This document shows positions 23,986 through 36,082 of a stretch of DNA of 64,000 nucleotides, in pieces. Under the pieces are notes generated by a model. That model saw only the letters and a program-made list of their open reading frames with translations. It had not been told where the DNA came from and searched no databases. The stretch lies in assembly GCA_047967505.1 (NCBI GenBank), contig CM106538.1. One strand, given 5' to 3'. The translations under genes and the position numbers were made by a program. This DNA comes from Dipteris shenzhenensis. Taxonomy: Eukaryota. Numbering within the stretch: position 1 is the first letter of the stretch; each line of letters opens with the position of its first letter.

Positions 23986-26620
23986 TGGTGAGATATGGTG
24001 CCATGTGCACATATTAGAGGCTAAGGTATGGTTAAGGAATGTATTAAAGTAGCCACCCTAGGATGTGGACTACATGATGTGAGGATGTGGATTGAGGACA
24101 TCCACAAGGAGAGATGTGGATCAGAGGATCCCATAGGTGTTGACTATTCAAAGGGCTCTCTCTATATAAGAAGCCTATTATGTATTGTTGATGATATAGA
24201 TTTGCAATAGATTGATTCGTAGTTTCTCATCATCTCTTTCATGAAGTTTCTTCTATGCTTTGAGCCTCCATAGTTCTTATGCTCATCTAGTTGCACTAGG
24301 TTTAGCATGATCTTACATTCTTTGACATGGTATCAGAGCTAGTTTAGCTAAGCCTAGATTTGTTTCGGAATGTTTCTATATTGTAGAGAGAGAATAGAGT
24401 CCATCCATTTCTATGCATTTGAGAAAGAAATTTCAATCATTTCTTCCATATATTTTAGTTAGTGTGAGAGAAATCTTAGAGTTCTTCTCTAATTGAGAAA
24501 GGTTGCCTTGAACACGGCATAACCTTCTGTCCTCTAGAAAAGTTTGTCATTGACTACATGTGGGTTGAATGCTTCAACAGCCTTCTGCATTCCTATTCCG
24601 ATTGCAATAGAAGGTTGCGGAGCCAGAATTCAAGGAGGCGACATGTGAGAATCGTGAAATTGGGAAAACCTAGGACACTGAAGATCAAGCACCTCCCGAA
24701 GCTTCAATTTTGATGGATCTCTCCTTTTGCTCTATTGGCTAAGTTAAGGGACGCATACGTTAATCTTCTCTTGGCTGCTTCGTTGAAACTCAACTCCACA
24801 GATGCTCCAGTGTGATGGGCTCTACCTTTGGAGCAATTCAGCGTGGGCAGTGACCTAGCACATCGGCCAAGCCCGAGCCCAGACAACCTGGCTTTGTGCT
24901 CAACGACAACACCTGCTTCACCACCCACGGCCAACGACCTACAACGCTAGCGCATCTACGAGCGCCTAGCACTTCTTCAAATGGGTTTTGTCCTCCAAGC
25001 TTCACTGCAATAGCTTCATGGCATGGCACAAGCATGGAGGCTTGGGATCATCCAGTTGGTATAAGCAGTTTTGCTGCGAAACTATTGGGTTGCCTCGGGT
25101 ACATGAGCTCTGTTGGTCGTGAAGTCAACCACATTGGCCATGGTTAGGTTATGGGGTTAGTTAAATGCATAGTGCACAGAGGCCCTTACTAAGCACAGTT
25201 TGGAATGCACCATATGAACCCCTGTGCCACATCATCAATTGCCCCTCTTTTTCACAAAAACTTCGACAAGCCGTAACTTTCAATCCATAAAGAATTTGCA
25301 TGCGCTCCAAAAAGGAAAAATAATCGATTTTTCGAGCTCTACGCTCTGTTAAGTCAGAATCATTGTTAGCAATTAGCACTACTAGATTTGAAAGTTTTTT
25401 TAACTGGTAAGACCTTTGCAATGGCAATATGCACCCCAATTGTTGAGAAATTCACTGGGGAAGGATTTCCCACCTGGTCTACACAAATGAGTTATCTCTT
25501 AATGCATCAAAAGCTTTGGAAGACTATAAAAGAAGATATACCCACTGTACAAAATGATGCCTGGAAGGAAAAAGACAAAGCAGCACTATCACTCATTGGC
25601 TTGCACTTGGGTCCAAACATAATTCATCATAAGACTGAATTCTATGGTTTGCACGTGAGCTTCAATGAATCCATGGCACAATTTGTCAACAAAATCAAAA
25701 GCATTATGAGCCAACTAGAGGCATAAATGCAAAAGTATGGGAAAAAGATGCACTTGCAATCCTCCTTAAAAGCATGCCTACAGAGTACAACGCACTGACA
25801 ACCACTTTAAAGAATCTCCCAGATCCAAAGTTTGAGGAATATGTATCCTCTCTTCTTGAAAAAGAAAGAGAGTTGAAGGCATCGACATCAACATCTACAT
25901 CAAACATGCAACATCAATAATTAAGAACAAGCATTGTTCAGTAAAACATCAACGAAGTGTTACCATTGCGGAAGGATGGATCACTATCAAAGTGACTCGA
26001 GACTGAAGAACAAACCAAAGTGTCACCATTGCAAGAATCTGGGACAAAAGGAAGAAGATTGCATATTGAAGAACTAGCAGGTCAACTACGTGGAGTCATC
26101 ATCAAGCCATGAGCAGAATGACAAGAAACAACATGTATTGAGAAGCAAAAACCTTGCCGCCTTTAGCTCGCATGTTTGTAAATCAAGCTTGACCACTTGA
26201 GACCAGGGGAGGATTTGATCTTGTAACTCACATCTGACCACTTTGCAGTAGCCAATGGATCATGGCATCAAGGGGAGGTGTTGAGATATGGTGCCATGTG
26301 CACATATTAGAGGCTAAGGTATGGTATAGGAATGTATTAAAGTAGCCACCCTAGGATGTGGACTACGTGATGTGAGGATGTGGATTGAGGACATCCACAA
26401 GGAGAGATGTGGATCAGAGGATCCCACAGGTGTTGACTATTCTAAGGGCTCTCTTTACATAAGAAGCCTATTATGTATTGTTGATGATATAGATTTGCAA
26501 TAGATTGATTCATAGTTTCTCATCATCTCTTTCATGAAGTTTCTTCTATGCTTTGAGCCTCCGTAGTTCTTATGCTCATCTAATTGCACTAGGTTTAGCA
26601 CGATCTTACATTCTTTGACA
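23986..26620 (+). mobile_element. Non-autonomous gag-only copia-type LTR retrotransposon (TR-GAG-like)
   Basis: Near-identical 342-bp LTRs at 23986-24327 and 26279-26620 (TG..CA); PBS TGGTATCAGAGC at 24328; PPT AAGGGGAGG before 26279; TSD TCGTT/TCATT (one mismatch); copia gag remnant at about 25420-26080 (KFTGEGFPTWSTQM..QKLW; two Zn-knuckle remnants); no pol. Confidence 0.93.
24621..25013 (+). pseudogene. Captured fragment of a plant-specific uncharacterised gene inside the gag-only element
   Basis: Frame reads SQNSRRRHVRIVKLGKPRTLKIKHLPKLQF*WISPFALLAKLRDAYVNLLL..DLQR*RIYERL, resembling a land-plant family recalled with an SP..LL..LRDAYV..ML motif. Confidence 0.6.
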
Positions 26621-29600
26621 TCATTGCCCTTCCATTTGCATAGCTTGGATGCCTCAACTTTACATTCATTGACCTCCCAACATTCACTCTTTCATACAAC
26701 TATTTTTTTCAATATTTTGTAGGGATATGGATTGATGTGCATGCTAGATCACATTGAAATATTAAAGAGAAGAAGAGAATCAAGGGAGATATACTATCTC
26801 AAACATTTTGATGGAATTGGAAGAACAAATCTCCATAGTTACAAGTACAAAGCTATATAACCTATTAGATTTCAATTTGTTAGTTGTTTCTATATTACAA
26901 AAGTCTCCCACATTACAAGCACCTCCTTAGTAATGGCACCATGTCTCACAAATGCTAGACATAAATAGACTTTTACATGTCACAAATGTGGTACATGTGC
27001 AATAATTACATTTAGAGATATAACAAGGGAATAATAATTGCTAATCTCATTGCAACTTGCACTCTTATAAGAGGGAGTAGCATTGAAAGGAGAATGTTGT
27101 AGTGCTCCCTTCAAATATTTTTTCATAAGTGTCTTATTTATAAAGTATGGTGTGTATTGGCTCTTTCCATCCCTTTGATTTCATTTAATTTTGCTAAAAC
27201 ATTTAAAACTGTTAGTCTTTTCAATTCCTCAACTAATTTTTTATTAAAACCATGGTAATTTTTAGTTGTAATAGCTACATAAATACTGTGGAACATGTAA
27301 GCATACATTTTCCCCCCTTTTTGATAGCTAGATGTTTTTATCACACAAAAAATGATATTCAAATGTTCATAAATTTTTACATCTAAACTCTTTAACAAGG
27401 AGGCTTTTTAAAGTTAAAAGATGCTTATTTGTTAAGAGCCTTATCAACAAAAATGTGTTTAGAAAACATGATGTAGCTTTGTAAGATAAGGCTCTTTATG
27501 TGCCAAGTTGTAGATTGATTTTCTTTTTTGTGATCATATAATTATGTTATGTGTGCCAGTACCATGGGTATACGAGCTAGTTACCAAAGCATAACTTCAT
27601 CATATGTAACCAAGCATATGGTTAATCAATGATTACATGAACCAAGTGAAACCTTGAACCATGAATCTTATGCCAGAGTTAGAAAGCTAGGTAAGTTACT
27701 TATGCTAGTGAGTTAAATATATTAGCTAATCAATTAAATGCTTGTAGTCAATGAGAGCACGTCGATGAAGTGGTTAGAGAGAACTCTTTGACCAAAAACT
27801 GTAAGCTTGGCCAAGTACTTACTACTATTTCTTCAGCTCCAAGTCAAGTTCTTGGTAGATCAACTCTAAGTCAAGTTCTTGGTAGATCAACTCAACAATT
27901 GAATTAGTTGCCCTTTTCAAACTTTTACCACGCATATTTGCGTCCAACCAATAGTTGAGTCTGTATTGCATTTTCTACTTGTCAAAAAATGATTATAATA
28001 TCTTTATCCAATCAAAATTTCATTTTAACTTAAAAACTTTGTTCTATTTATTTATTGACAATGTTATTAAAATAGAATAATCTTAAAATATAATGGTTAT
28101 AGGTGTTTTATAGGGCTGAAAACTAATTTTTTTTGCATTTTTTTGCAATAACACAAAATACTCATGGGATAACAAATTTTAGTTTTTTCCCATTGAAGTG
28201 TAGTATAATAATAGTTTCAAACACACCTTGGTCTCATTTATGAACCTAATGCTCTGAATCGTATGAAACTTTACGAGACATACTCAATGGAAACAACTAA
28301 ATCTATTTATTAGCACTACCTTCCAAGCAACGCTATCGTCACATTTTTCTTTAAAAAGTGTCCCACACCATTTTTTGCCACGTGGCCCCCTTCTATTTTG
28401 GTTCTCTCTCTCTCACTCACACACACTTTCTTTTTTTAAGAACTCTCTGTCTCTCTCTCTCTCTAACGGAGTTTGCAAATCATTAGAACTTTCCTATACA
28501 CAGGCTTCCATCACAAGTGTTGCAAATTAATCATTCATTCATCTTGATAATTATTTTCCTTTGAGAGAACCAATTGAAGGTAGTGCTCACAAATACTTGT
28601 ACTCACTTGTTCATTTCTTAATATCATGGCAAGAATACTAAAAATTTGAGAAGGCCATTGGAAAAACAATTACCACTCAAAATTTTCCAAAATTTGGCTC
28701 AACAACAATATCTTCTTCTCTTTAGAAGAATGTCATTCACAGTCTACTTCAAGCATGAAAGTCAATACTTTTTTGAAGCAATTCATCAAGCATAGGGTAA
28801 TGTCTACTTAGAACAAGGTGGGGATCCCACTAATTCCACCAAACTAAAATGTCTTTCTTATAAATGAATTTGCAAAAGTTCGTTCCAACATGGAGAGATG
28901 CATATTTTAATAGCTTCGCAATAATGCATAACGTGACTCCCTTGAAGTTCTCTCTCAAGGTCTATCATAAGAAGGAAGGAGAAGGTTGCTATTGTAGCCT
29001 CCTAAATGTGTATGTAACAAGAAAGGCCTATCTTTGAAAGATATTGATATGAAGATAACAATTGAGAAGGGGACATTACACTTTGAAAGATATTGATATA
29101 AAGATAACAATTGATAAGGGGAGATTACACGCAATGACACCAAGAATGGAGAAGAGAAATCACTCAAAATCAGGATGATTAATGCAAAGAAAATTAATGG
29201 GAAAGGGAGAGTTTGATAGTAACCAACAATAAGAATGCCAATCAAAATCAAGAACATTCCAAAATTGAATGTGATAACTTACATTTCACACTACCATCAT
29301 TGTGCTTTGTTGGGTATGCAAGCACCATAACATCCATATATACTGCATTAAAGAGCTCATACAAGATTTGAAGTAAATGAACTCATACAAGCTCTCCCCC
29401 TCAGTCAACAACAAGCCCCACACATTATCATATTAATGTCTATTCATTCACAAAATATGATGAAAAGGAGATTAAATCGTTAAAAGACATATACAGCCTA
29501 ACCATATCTACAAGTACTTAAAAGCAGTTTACGAGAAAAGCAACCAAACACAAGATCCTTTTTATCAAGCCCCATATGTTCCCTGTTAAAAGCCTCCCTC

Positions 29601-29840
29601 CTACCAATGGAAGCATTAATCAAGGCTGCTTGACAAAATTATGATTGCTGTAGCCTGAAGAAATTTAGAACATCATAACATTGCTTTTGGCAACCCAAAA
29701 ATAAGCTTCCATATTCTAAACCGACATTTCCTTAAATTCTGTTTTAAACGATTCAGATGGCAGGTAGTTAATACTTGACTACTGTAGCCTGAGGAAATTT
29801 ACATCCGTGTTCACCTACCACAAAAGGTTGTGCTCCAAAC

Positions 29841-32026
29841 TTAGTGAAAATACGATGGTGCATAGGCAGAGGAACTGAGGAGCTCATCTCCATACTGGTA
29901 GCTACCATATGAAGCAGATGGATTAGAATAAGCAGAGGCTGAATAAACTGATGGACCAACCAAATCAGCAGAATAGGGGTAAGACAGTGAACCAGGACCT
30001 CTGCTATCAGCTCCATATAAAGACCCATAACTAGGTTGGGGTCGTCTCTCGTAAGTGGTTTGACTACCAAGCCCATAAGATGAGATTGCAGCCCCACCAA
30101 ACCGTCCTCGATCCGATGTTGCAGCATGACCTTGGCTTCCACTTAAGCGTCGTTTCTTGGTTTGAGGTTGGATCTTGCCTATGGTAGCCGCTTTCTTCCT
30201 GTCTGCCTTTGCTTTCTCCAACTGCCCTGCACGTCTCTGCAATGGCTCAGTGGGGTACTGAGAAGCCAGATTGTACTCCTCAATAGCTCGCAAAACCGCT
30301 TTAATGGCAGACAGCTCCTTCATCGAGGACTCATTCTGCTCCAAACATCAATTGAAATAAAGAATATTTAGGAGCTGCAAGACTCTGAATTGAGAAAAAA
30401 TAACAAAATTGTACCATGCAGTGGTATTTCCTTACACCAGTTACAGTTCCAGTACTTCTAATACAACGATATAACCCTCAAAACTTGAGCCTGGGAGTGA
30501 AACCTGAGCAGCAGCTGGGTTTGCTGCATTCTTTGCCAGAGACTGGGCACCCTTACGGGACTCTTTGAGATAAGCCTTCAACATTTGCACGGGCTGAACT
30601 TGGTCCATGATCCCGAAAAAGTGTGCAAAATTTAACGCTTCGATCTGTTTCCCATCCTTGTTTAAGCTGTCCACAAGGTCTGACATCCAAATTTAATCAG
30701 AACGTTCCAATTTCCGCCCCGATAAAATTGACAGCACAAACAATCAGTCAAATAAATTTAGCTTGAATAACAAAAAACACGCACACCCCTCAACACAATA
30801 GAGCTCGCTTCGGTATGAAGGTTAATCATATACTGTCTGCCAAGGTCGATACAAAATGACCTGGCACCACTTCACGTAAGAGGACAAAGCAACATGGCTT
30901 TAAAGATAGAATTAAGAGGAGGGTAGCCCCATCTCAATCAAAGCCATCAGGAGATTGCAGTCTTTTAACACTATACCGTGTTTCAGACGTGAACAACGCT
31001 CGAATCCGGGCTTGAGTCTTAGTCCACGACTAATTGACAAGAGAACCTACCTGGTATTTTAGCCGTCAGTCCAAGGGACCGGCAGAGAGCAGGCGTCTGC
31101 TTACGACGAGCAACAGCAGAGACAAGTTTCAACAGTTCGTCATCGTTAAACTCCGACGCAATACCAAACGTTGCCAGCAGCTGGAGAAAAGCCTGAGCGT
31201 CCAGAGAATTGTCATTCGCTGCATCTGCGTGGATATCCCTCTTGGATCTCCAGAGATTAGCAACCTCCTTAGCTGAATCCTTAATATTGGAGGGCACCAC
31301 GGGGTTATCCACTCCCAAATCGGGATCAGCGAGCACCTGCGCGAGGCACTCCAAGAGCAAAATGCATGCACGACGGTTAGCAGAGGCTCCCGTCTCCTTA
31401 GCATGACTGGGGTCGAGCTCTAAGAGGTGGTACCCCTCCAAGGCTTTCAAAACCAAGCGGGAAGGATCAATGGCACTCTGAAGTGCCAGAGGCATCTCGT
31501 TCCGGAGAATCCCTATCTCCTTACGACGATCGACAATATACTTCACGAGCCCTTCGCCATCCATATTCTCGCACAAGGATTTAATCTCTGGTCTCACCTC
31601 TCCCGTTGCGGGTTTTGCCTTGTCTTTAGGTGCTCCGTTCGCAGCCTCAGCTTTAGACGTAGCATTTTCTGACTCGATGGTAGCAGCAGAGGTCTTGTCC
31701 TCGAGATATTTACTGCGCTCGCCTTCCAAAGCAACCAAGGCAGCATCTTTCTGTTCCTGGACCCGAGCTAGCGACGCCTGCTCTCGAGTCGAAATGGTCT
31801 CTTCCCTTTTCTCCAACGCTTTGGCCGACTCATCGTTCTTCTCTTCGAACGCCTTCTCCTTTTCGGCTAATTCCTCGAACTTCAGCTTGAGCGATTTGTC
31901 GATCTCAGAGACGTAAGCCTCCAAATCTTTCCACTCGGAGACATAAGCGTTCAGAATGTTCTTACAGGTATCGATTTCGGAGAAAGCCTTGTGGACGCGG
32001 TCCTTGGTGGAAAGGGCAGGCGCCAT
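29841..32026 (-). CDS. FRL: FRIGIDA-like protein, 548 aa, 3 coding exons
   Basis: Exons 32026-31051, 30679-30504 and 30335-29841 with GT-AG introns total 1647 nt in frame. Motifs LCENMDGEGL, DPSRLVLKALEG, RRACILLLE, DAQAFLQLLATFGI, LCRSLGL, QIEALNFAHFFG, LKAYLK and KELSAIKAV; N-terminal coiled coil and Ser/Tyr/Gly-rich tail. Confidence 0.95.
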
Positions 32027-32030
32027 AATT

Positions 32031-32255
32031 CTGAGAAAGTCCGAACCGAATTACAGGAAGGGGATGCAAAATGGAAGATGAATTAACATGCAGAAGATGT
32101 GGAATTTACGGATTAAAAGCAAAGACCAGAGATAATCTTGACATACCTGAGCTCCAGCAAAGAACGCCAAGATGGAAGAAGATGACGGTTTAGGGTTCTG
32201 TAACGGAAGTGGATTTCACAAAAAATATAAACCGGCTCGGTTTGCGTTTAGGGTT
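32031..32255 (-). promoter_or_regulatory. 5' UTR intron and telo-boxes of the FRIGIDA-like gene
   Basis: Donor CAG|GTATGT at 32146 and acceptor TTTCTCAG at 32031, 4 nt before the ATG; AACCCTA telo-box cores near 32190 and 32250. Confidence 0.6.
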
Positions 32256-32997
32256 TGGTAGAAATTGTGCAGGGCTTAATTGTGGATTGTGGGTTTTGTA
32301 TATCTGAGTTCAAGACCCAGGGTCAACTCGCTTCTGTACAACGCAAAAAAAAAAAGTCATAAGACCCCACATGTGCTCGTGGTGCTCACCCAACCCCACT
32401 AGCCCGCAAAAATCAAGTCCCCCTACCAGTGGCTAAGACTGTGTCAGCAAAAATCTCTGTGGCAGCTTGGTGATTTTCCGCCATTCCAGCCCAACGCTGG
32501 ACTGGGATATCTAGTGGTAGCGCAAAAAGGGGTGGTGGCGGCTAGTGTTAGAGAATGTGGCACATAGCAATATAGCAACTTAGCCAATCAATTGACTCCC
32601 CATTGCCAATAGTGGTGCGAGGAAGCCCTCTAAACCTATGCTAAGGAGATTTCTACCAACCAAAACCACATAAAACTGTGTATTTAGCAATGCCTTTACC
32701 TTTAGGGAGGCAGTGCTATAGTGGAGAATTGGATTCTCCTCTAAGTGATTGTTTAAAAAAGTTAATGTTGGGTAATTCTAAGGCTAAAACTCCCTTTTAG
32801 TAGCCCAAATGCACTAAAAAGATTATTTGCTCCCTCAAAAGCACCGCTTACCACTATATCATGTGCACTTGTGCAAGTCTCTTGTTTTAGTCACATGATG
32901 GTTTAGCGGGGAAGAGGTGTGTGTGAGAGAGAAAGAAAGAAAGAAAGTCCACAAGAGAAAGAAAGAAAGAGAGAGATAATCATTCAAAGACTATAAG

Positions 32998-33089
32998 GGT
33001 GTGTGTGTGTGTGTGATAATCGTTCATAAGGCTTTGCATTTCCTCTGTGTGTGTGTGTGTGTGTATGTGTGAGAGAGAGAGAGAGAGAG
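32998..33089. repeat. (GT)n and (GA)n microsatellites
   Basis: Seen directly. Confidence 0.9.
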
Positions 33090-34299
33090 CACGCAAAGAG
33101 ATGCAGGCTGATCGTCGTCGCTGACGAAGGTGGGAGTTAGCAATGACCTACTGTCAGAATGCAACCTTTATCTTCCACCTCTAAATTTTTCAGTTTACAA
33201 ATTTTCTTATGAGCTTTTCTTCCCTTTCATGGATTGTCATGCGGTGTTCTTTTGAATGGTGTTAGACTAGCTTTTTTATGCTTTGTTGTTTGCCTTGCAG
33301 TAGTTTCTTTTGATGCTGTTGGACTTGTTATACAAGAGCAACTTTTCTGCGGTTCTTTGTTTGGGCATTTTCGTGTTTTTTCGTGTTTGGATTGGCTTGT
33401 AGTCATTTTAACCCCTGCCTTGTTTGTTTAGTATGTGCTTTTCCACATGTTTCATTGGGGATTTGTGAATTACTCGTGAGGTGTGTGTGGTTAACTAAGA
33501 GTAGCGATTCACTTACCTACTCTTTTTCTTGCTGTTATCTTCTCCTAAATTTTTTTCGACTGCTCTAATCGTGCAAATCATCCCTATTGTGTACCCTTTT
33601 TGGGGCTTTTCTTTCCCCTACACATCACCTTGCTACTTCCCTACTTGCGATATTTTTTCTACAAGGGTGACGCTACGGCATCCTCTTCCACAGTTGTTGC
33701 TGCTGCTGATAAAGCATATGGTCGATGTGATCTTTCTCAAGAACCTAACCATTGACATATTGATGCTTCGAATGAAAACTTTCCACGTATGGATGCTTAA
33801 AGTGTGCCTCATGCCAGCTCAAATGCGCAATTTATTTATGATGTGCTATATGAAGATTTTGACCAAGCCTATGAAATGGGGCGAGTCTATACCAACTAAG
33901 ATTGCTTTGCCTTCTTTTTGTTTCTCCAGTTTGGCAGTAGTCAAAAAATACCATTCTCATATCTTTCCTAAGGAAGATGCCTTTAGCGAATGATGGATAA
34001 AATCTCTCTTGTCGAGATATGTGATTGAGGGCTTGTATTCTGCTGCACCACTGGGGTTTTATGAAGTGCCCTTATTGAGCCTAAACATTAGAACGTATTA
34101 CTTGAGACGTCACCATTGATGTTTGGCACACACGTACATGTGTTATCATGCCTCCTGCAAGGGATTATCAAGGTCCTAGATGCCATCGTTGCTCGAGGAG
34201 GTAGAGGTAGTTAACGCCCTTGAATATATGCGAAAAGATCTTTCTTTCATTGTTGCCTCTCTTGGTAAATTGGTTTGCCCTCCTTGTTTAACAGAGAGT

Positions 34300-35400
34300 C
34301 AAATAGATTTTGCATTCTACAGGACACAGATAAACCCAATATCCCTTTTGTTGCTATAGAGGTTGAAAATGTAAACATGGTGCTAATATCTTGAACTCAA
34401 ATGAGGTGTATTTACATGAGCATGTTACAGATATCACAAGTTTAACCATGTGCCCTACAAAGTGCCCTCTTTTGTTGCATCAACCTTCCCCTATGGTGGC
34501 AATGGTACAATCGCAAGTTAATGGCTAGTAATACAATACATGGAGAAACATATATGAACTTGCATCTGGTTTGTGGTTAGAGATTGCAACTTATCTGTTG
34601 CTCAGCAATGCTTTCCTTTGTGGAGATTTCAATAATGCTCTGAATTTGGCTGACAACACAACACATCGATCTTGCATGCTAGCACCTCATGGGCTGATAT
34701 GCTTTTTGGCATTCATGCTTATGATCTTTGGATTTAGTCAAAGCCCCATGACAAAGGGTTTACATTTCATCACGATGCACATTCACAGTATTGGGGGGCT
34801 GACATGATAGGCGGTAACTGATTCATGCTAACATGATGATTTCACAGGTGATATGTGGGTGGATCACTCGCTCCTACTTTTTGATCATTCACCCCTTTAG
34901 ACATGACTCTATTTTTTGGTATGAGTACGGATGCTTCCCATGCAAAAATTGATAATCGTTAACAAAATTTATATGGAACATCGTGAGTTTGTTGAGATGG
35001 TAAAACATGCACTCATGCCTTTGCTCCTTCAAGCTAGTAAGGATATGAATGTGGACTAGTACTCATTTGCCATGAGGATCCAATATGTCATAAAACAGTA
35101 TGGCTAACAATAGATAGGGGAACAAAGACAACATGTGGCAATTAAAACAGAAAATACAAAAAGAGTCACAACTATGTCAGTTCAAACCATTGCAAAATGT
35201 TGAGAGGCTTGATTTTCACCAAACAAAAATGGCAAATCTAAGCACAACAAAAATCTTTGAGGATAAGGGTTGCTCATCCAAAGGTTTCTTCATTGCATGT
35301 GAAAAGTAGTAGTGATATAATTTTTTTTATTGCAAAATTGACATGATTCAAATGGTGCAAAATTTTCAATGATGTGATATAGTCAATTCTTTACCTGATT
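34300..35400 (+). mobile_element. Highly decayed LINE endonuclease-region remnant
   Basis: FLCGDFNNAL at about 34613-34642 and a DHSP-like motif near 34885; boundaries uncertain. Confidence 0.5.
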
Positions 35401-35599
35401 GGACATCCATAGAGTGCAATGGGCACCTTGCATTCTTCTCTTGCAATGTGAAAAGAAAAGTTTTGTGGCCCAAGCATTCTAGAAAAATATTAAATGAAGA
35501 GGAAAAGGATCTTTGAATGGGGAAAAAGGAACATGCTTTATGTTAGTGGGAATATAATAAATGAAAAGGAAAAGGATCTTCAAATGGGGGAGTAGAGAC

Positions 35600-36082
35600 A
35601 TGCTCTATGTTCGTGGAAACGGCATTTTCCATGGTCATTTTGGAATGGAAGATCCCCTTGCACCCACATTCATACAAGATGTCTTCACTTTTGTCTGCAA
35701 GATGATGATCAGAATGCTAAAGAAAAGCTGATGTAGGCATTGAAGAAATTTTAACTCTTCAATGGTATGAGAAGATAGCTAACAAACGAAAACATAAAGC
35801 GGGGGTAGAGGAATTAACATATTAGAGATGGTTGTGATCGTGCTCTATGTTAGTGGAAATGGCCATTTCCATGGTCATTTTGAAGATGGAAGATCCCCTT
35901 GCACTCACATTCATACAAAATGTCATGACTTTTTCCTGCAAGAGGATAATCAAAATGCTGAAGAAAAGCTAGATGTAGGCATTGAAGTAATTTTAACTGG
36001 TGAATGGTATGAGAAATAGCCAACAAACAAAAACATAAAGGTGGGTAGAGCAATTAAGATGATGGGAGATGGTTGTGATCAT
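35600..36082. repeat. Two-copy ~240-bp tandem duplication
   Basis: TGCTCTATGTT.GTGGAAA..GGAAGATCCCCTTGCAC..GAGATGGTTGTGATC occurs twice; a shorter ~65-bp duplication lies at about 35490-35620. Confidence 0.9.

Noticed and set aside
31034-31916. Plus-strand ORFs over the FRIGIDA-like gene
   Set aside because: Antisense shadows of a real CDS.
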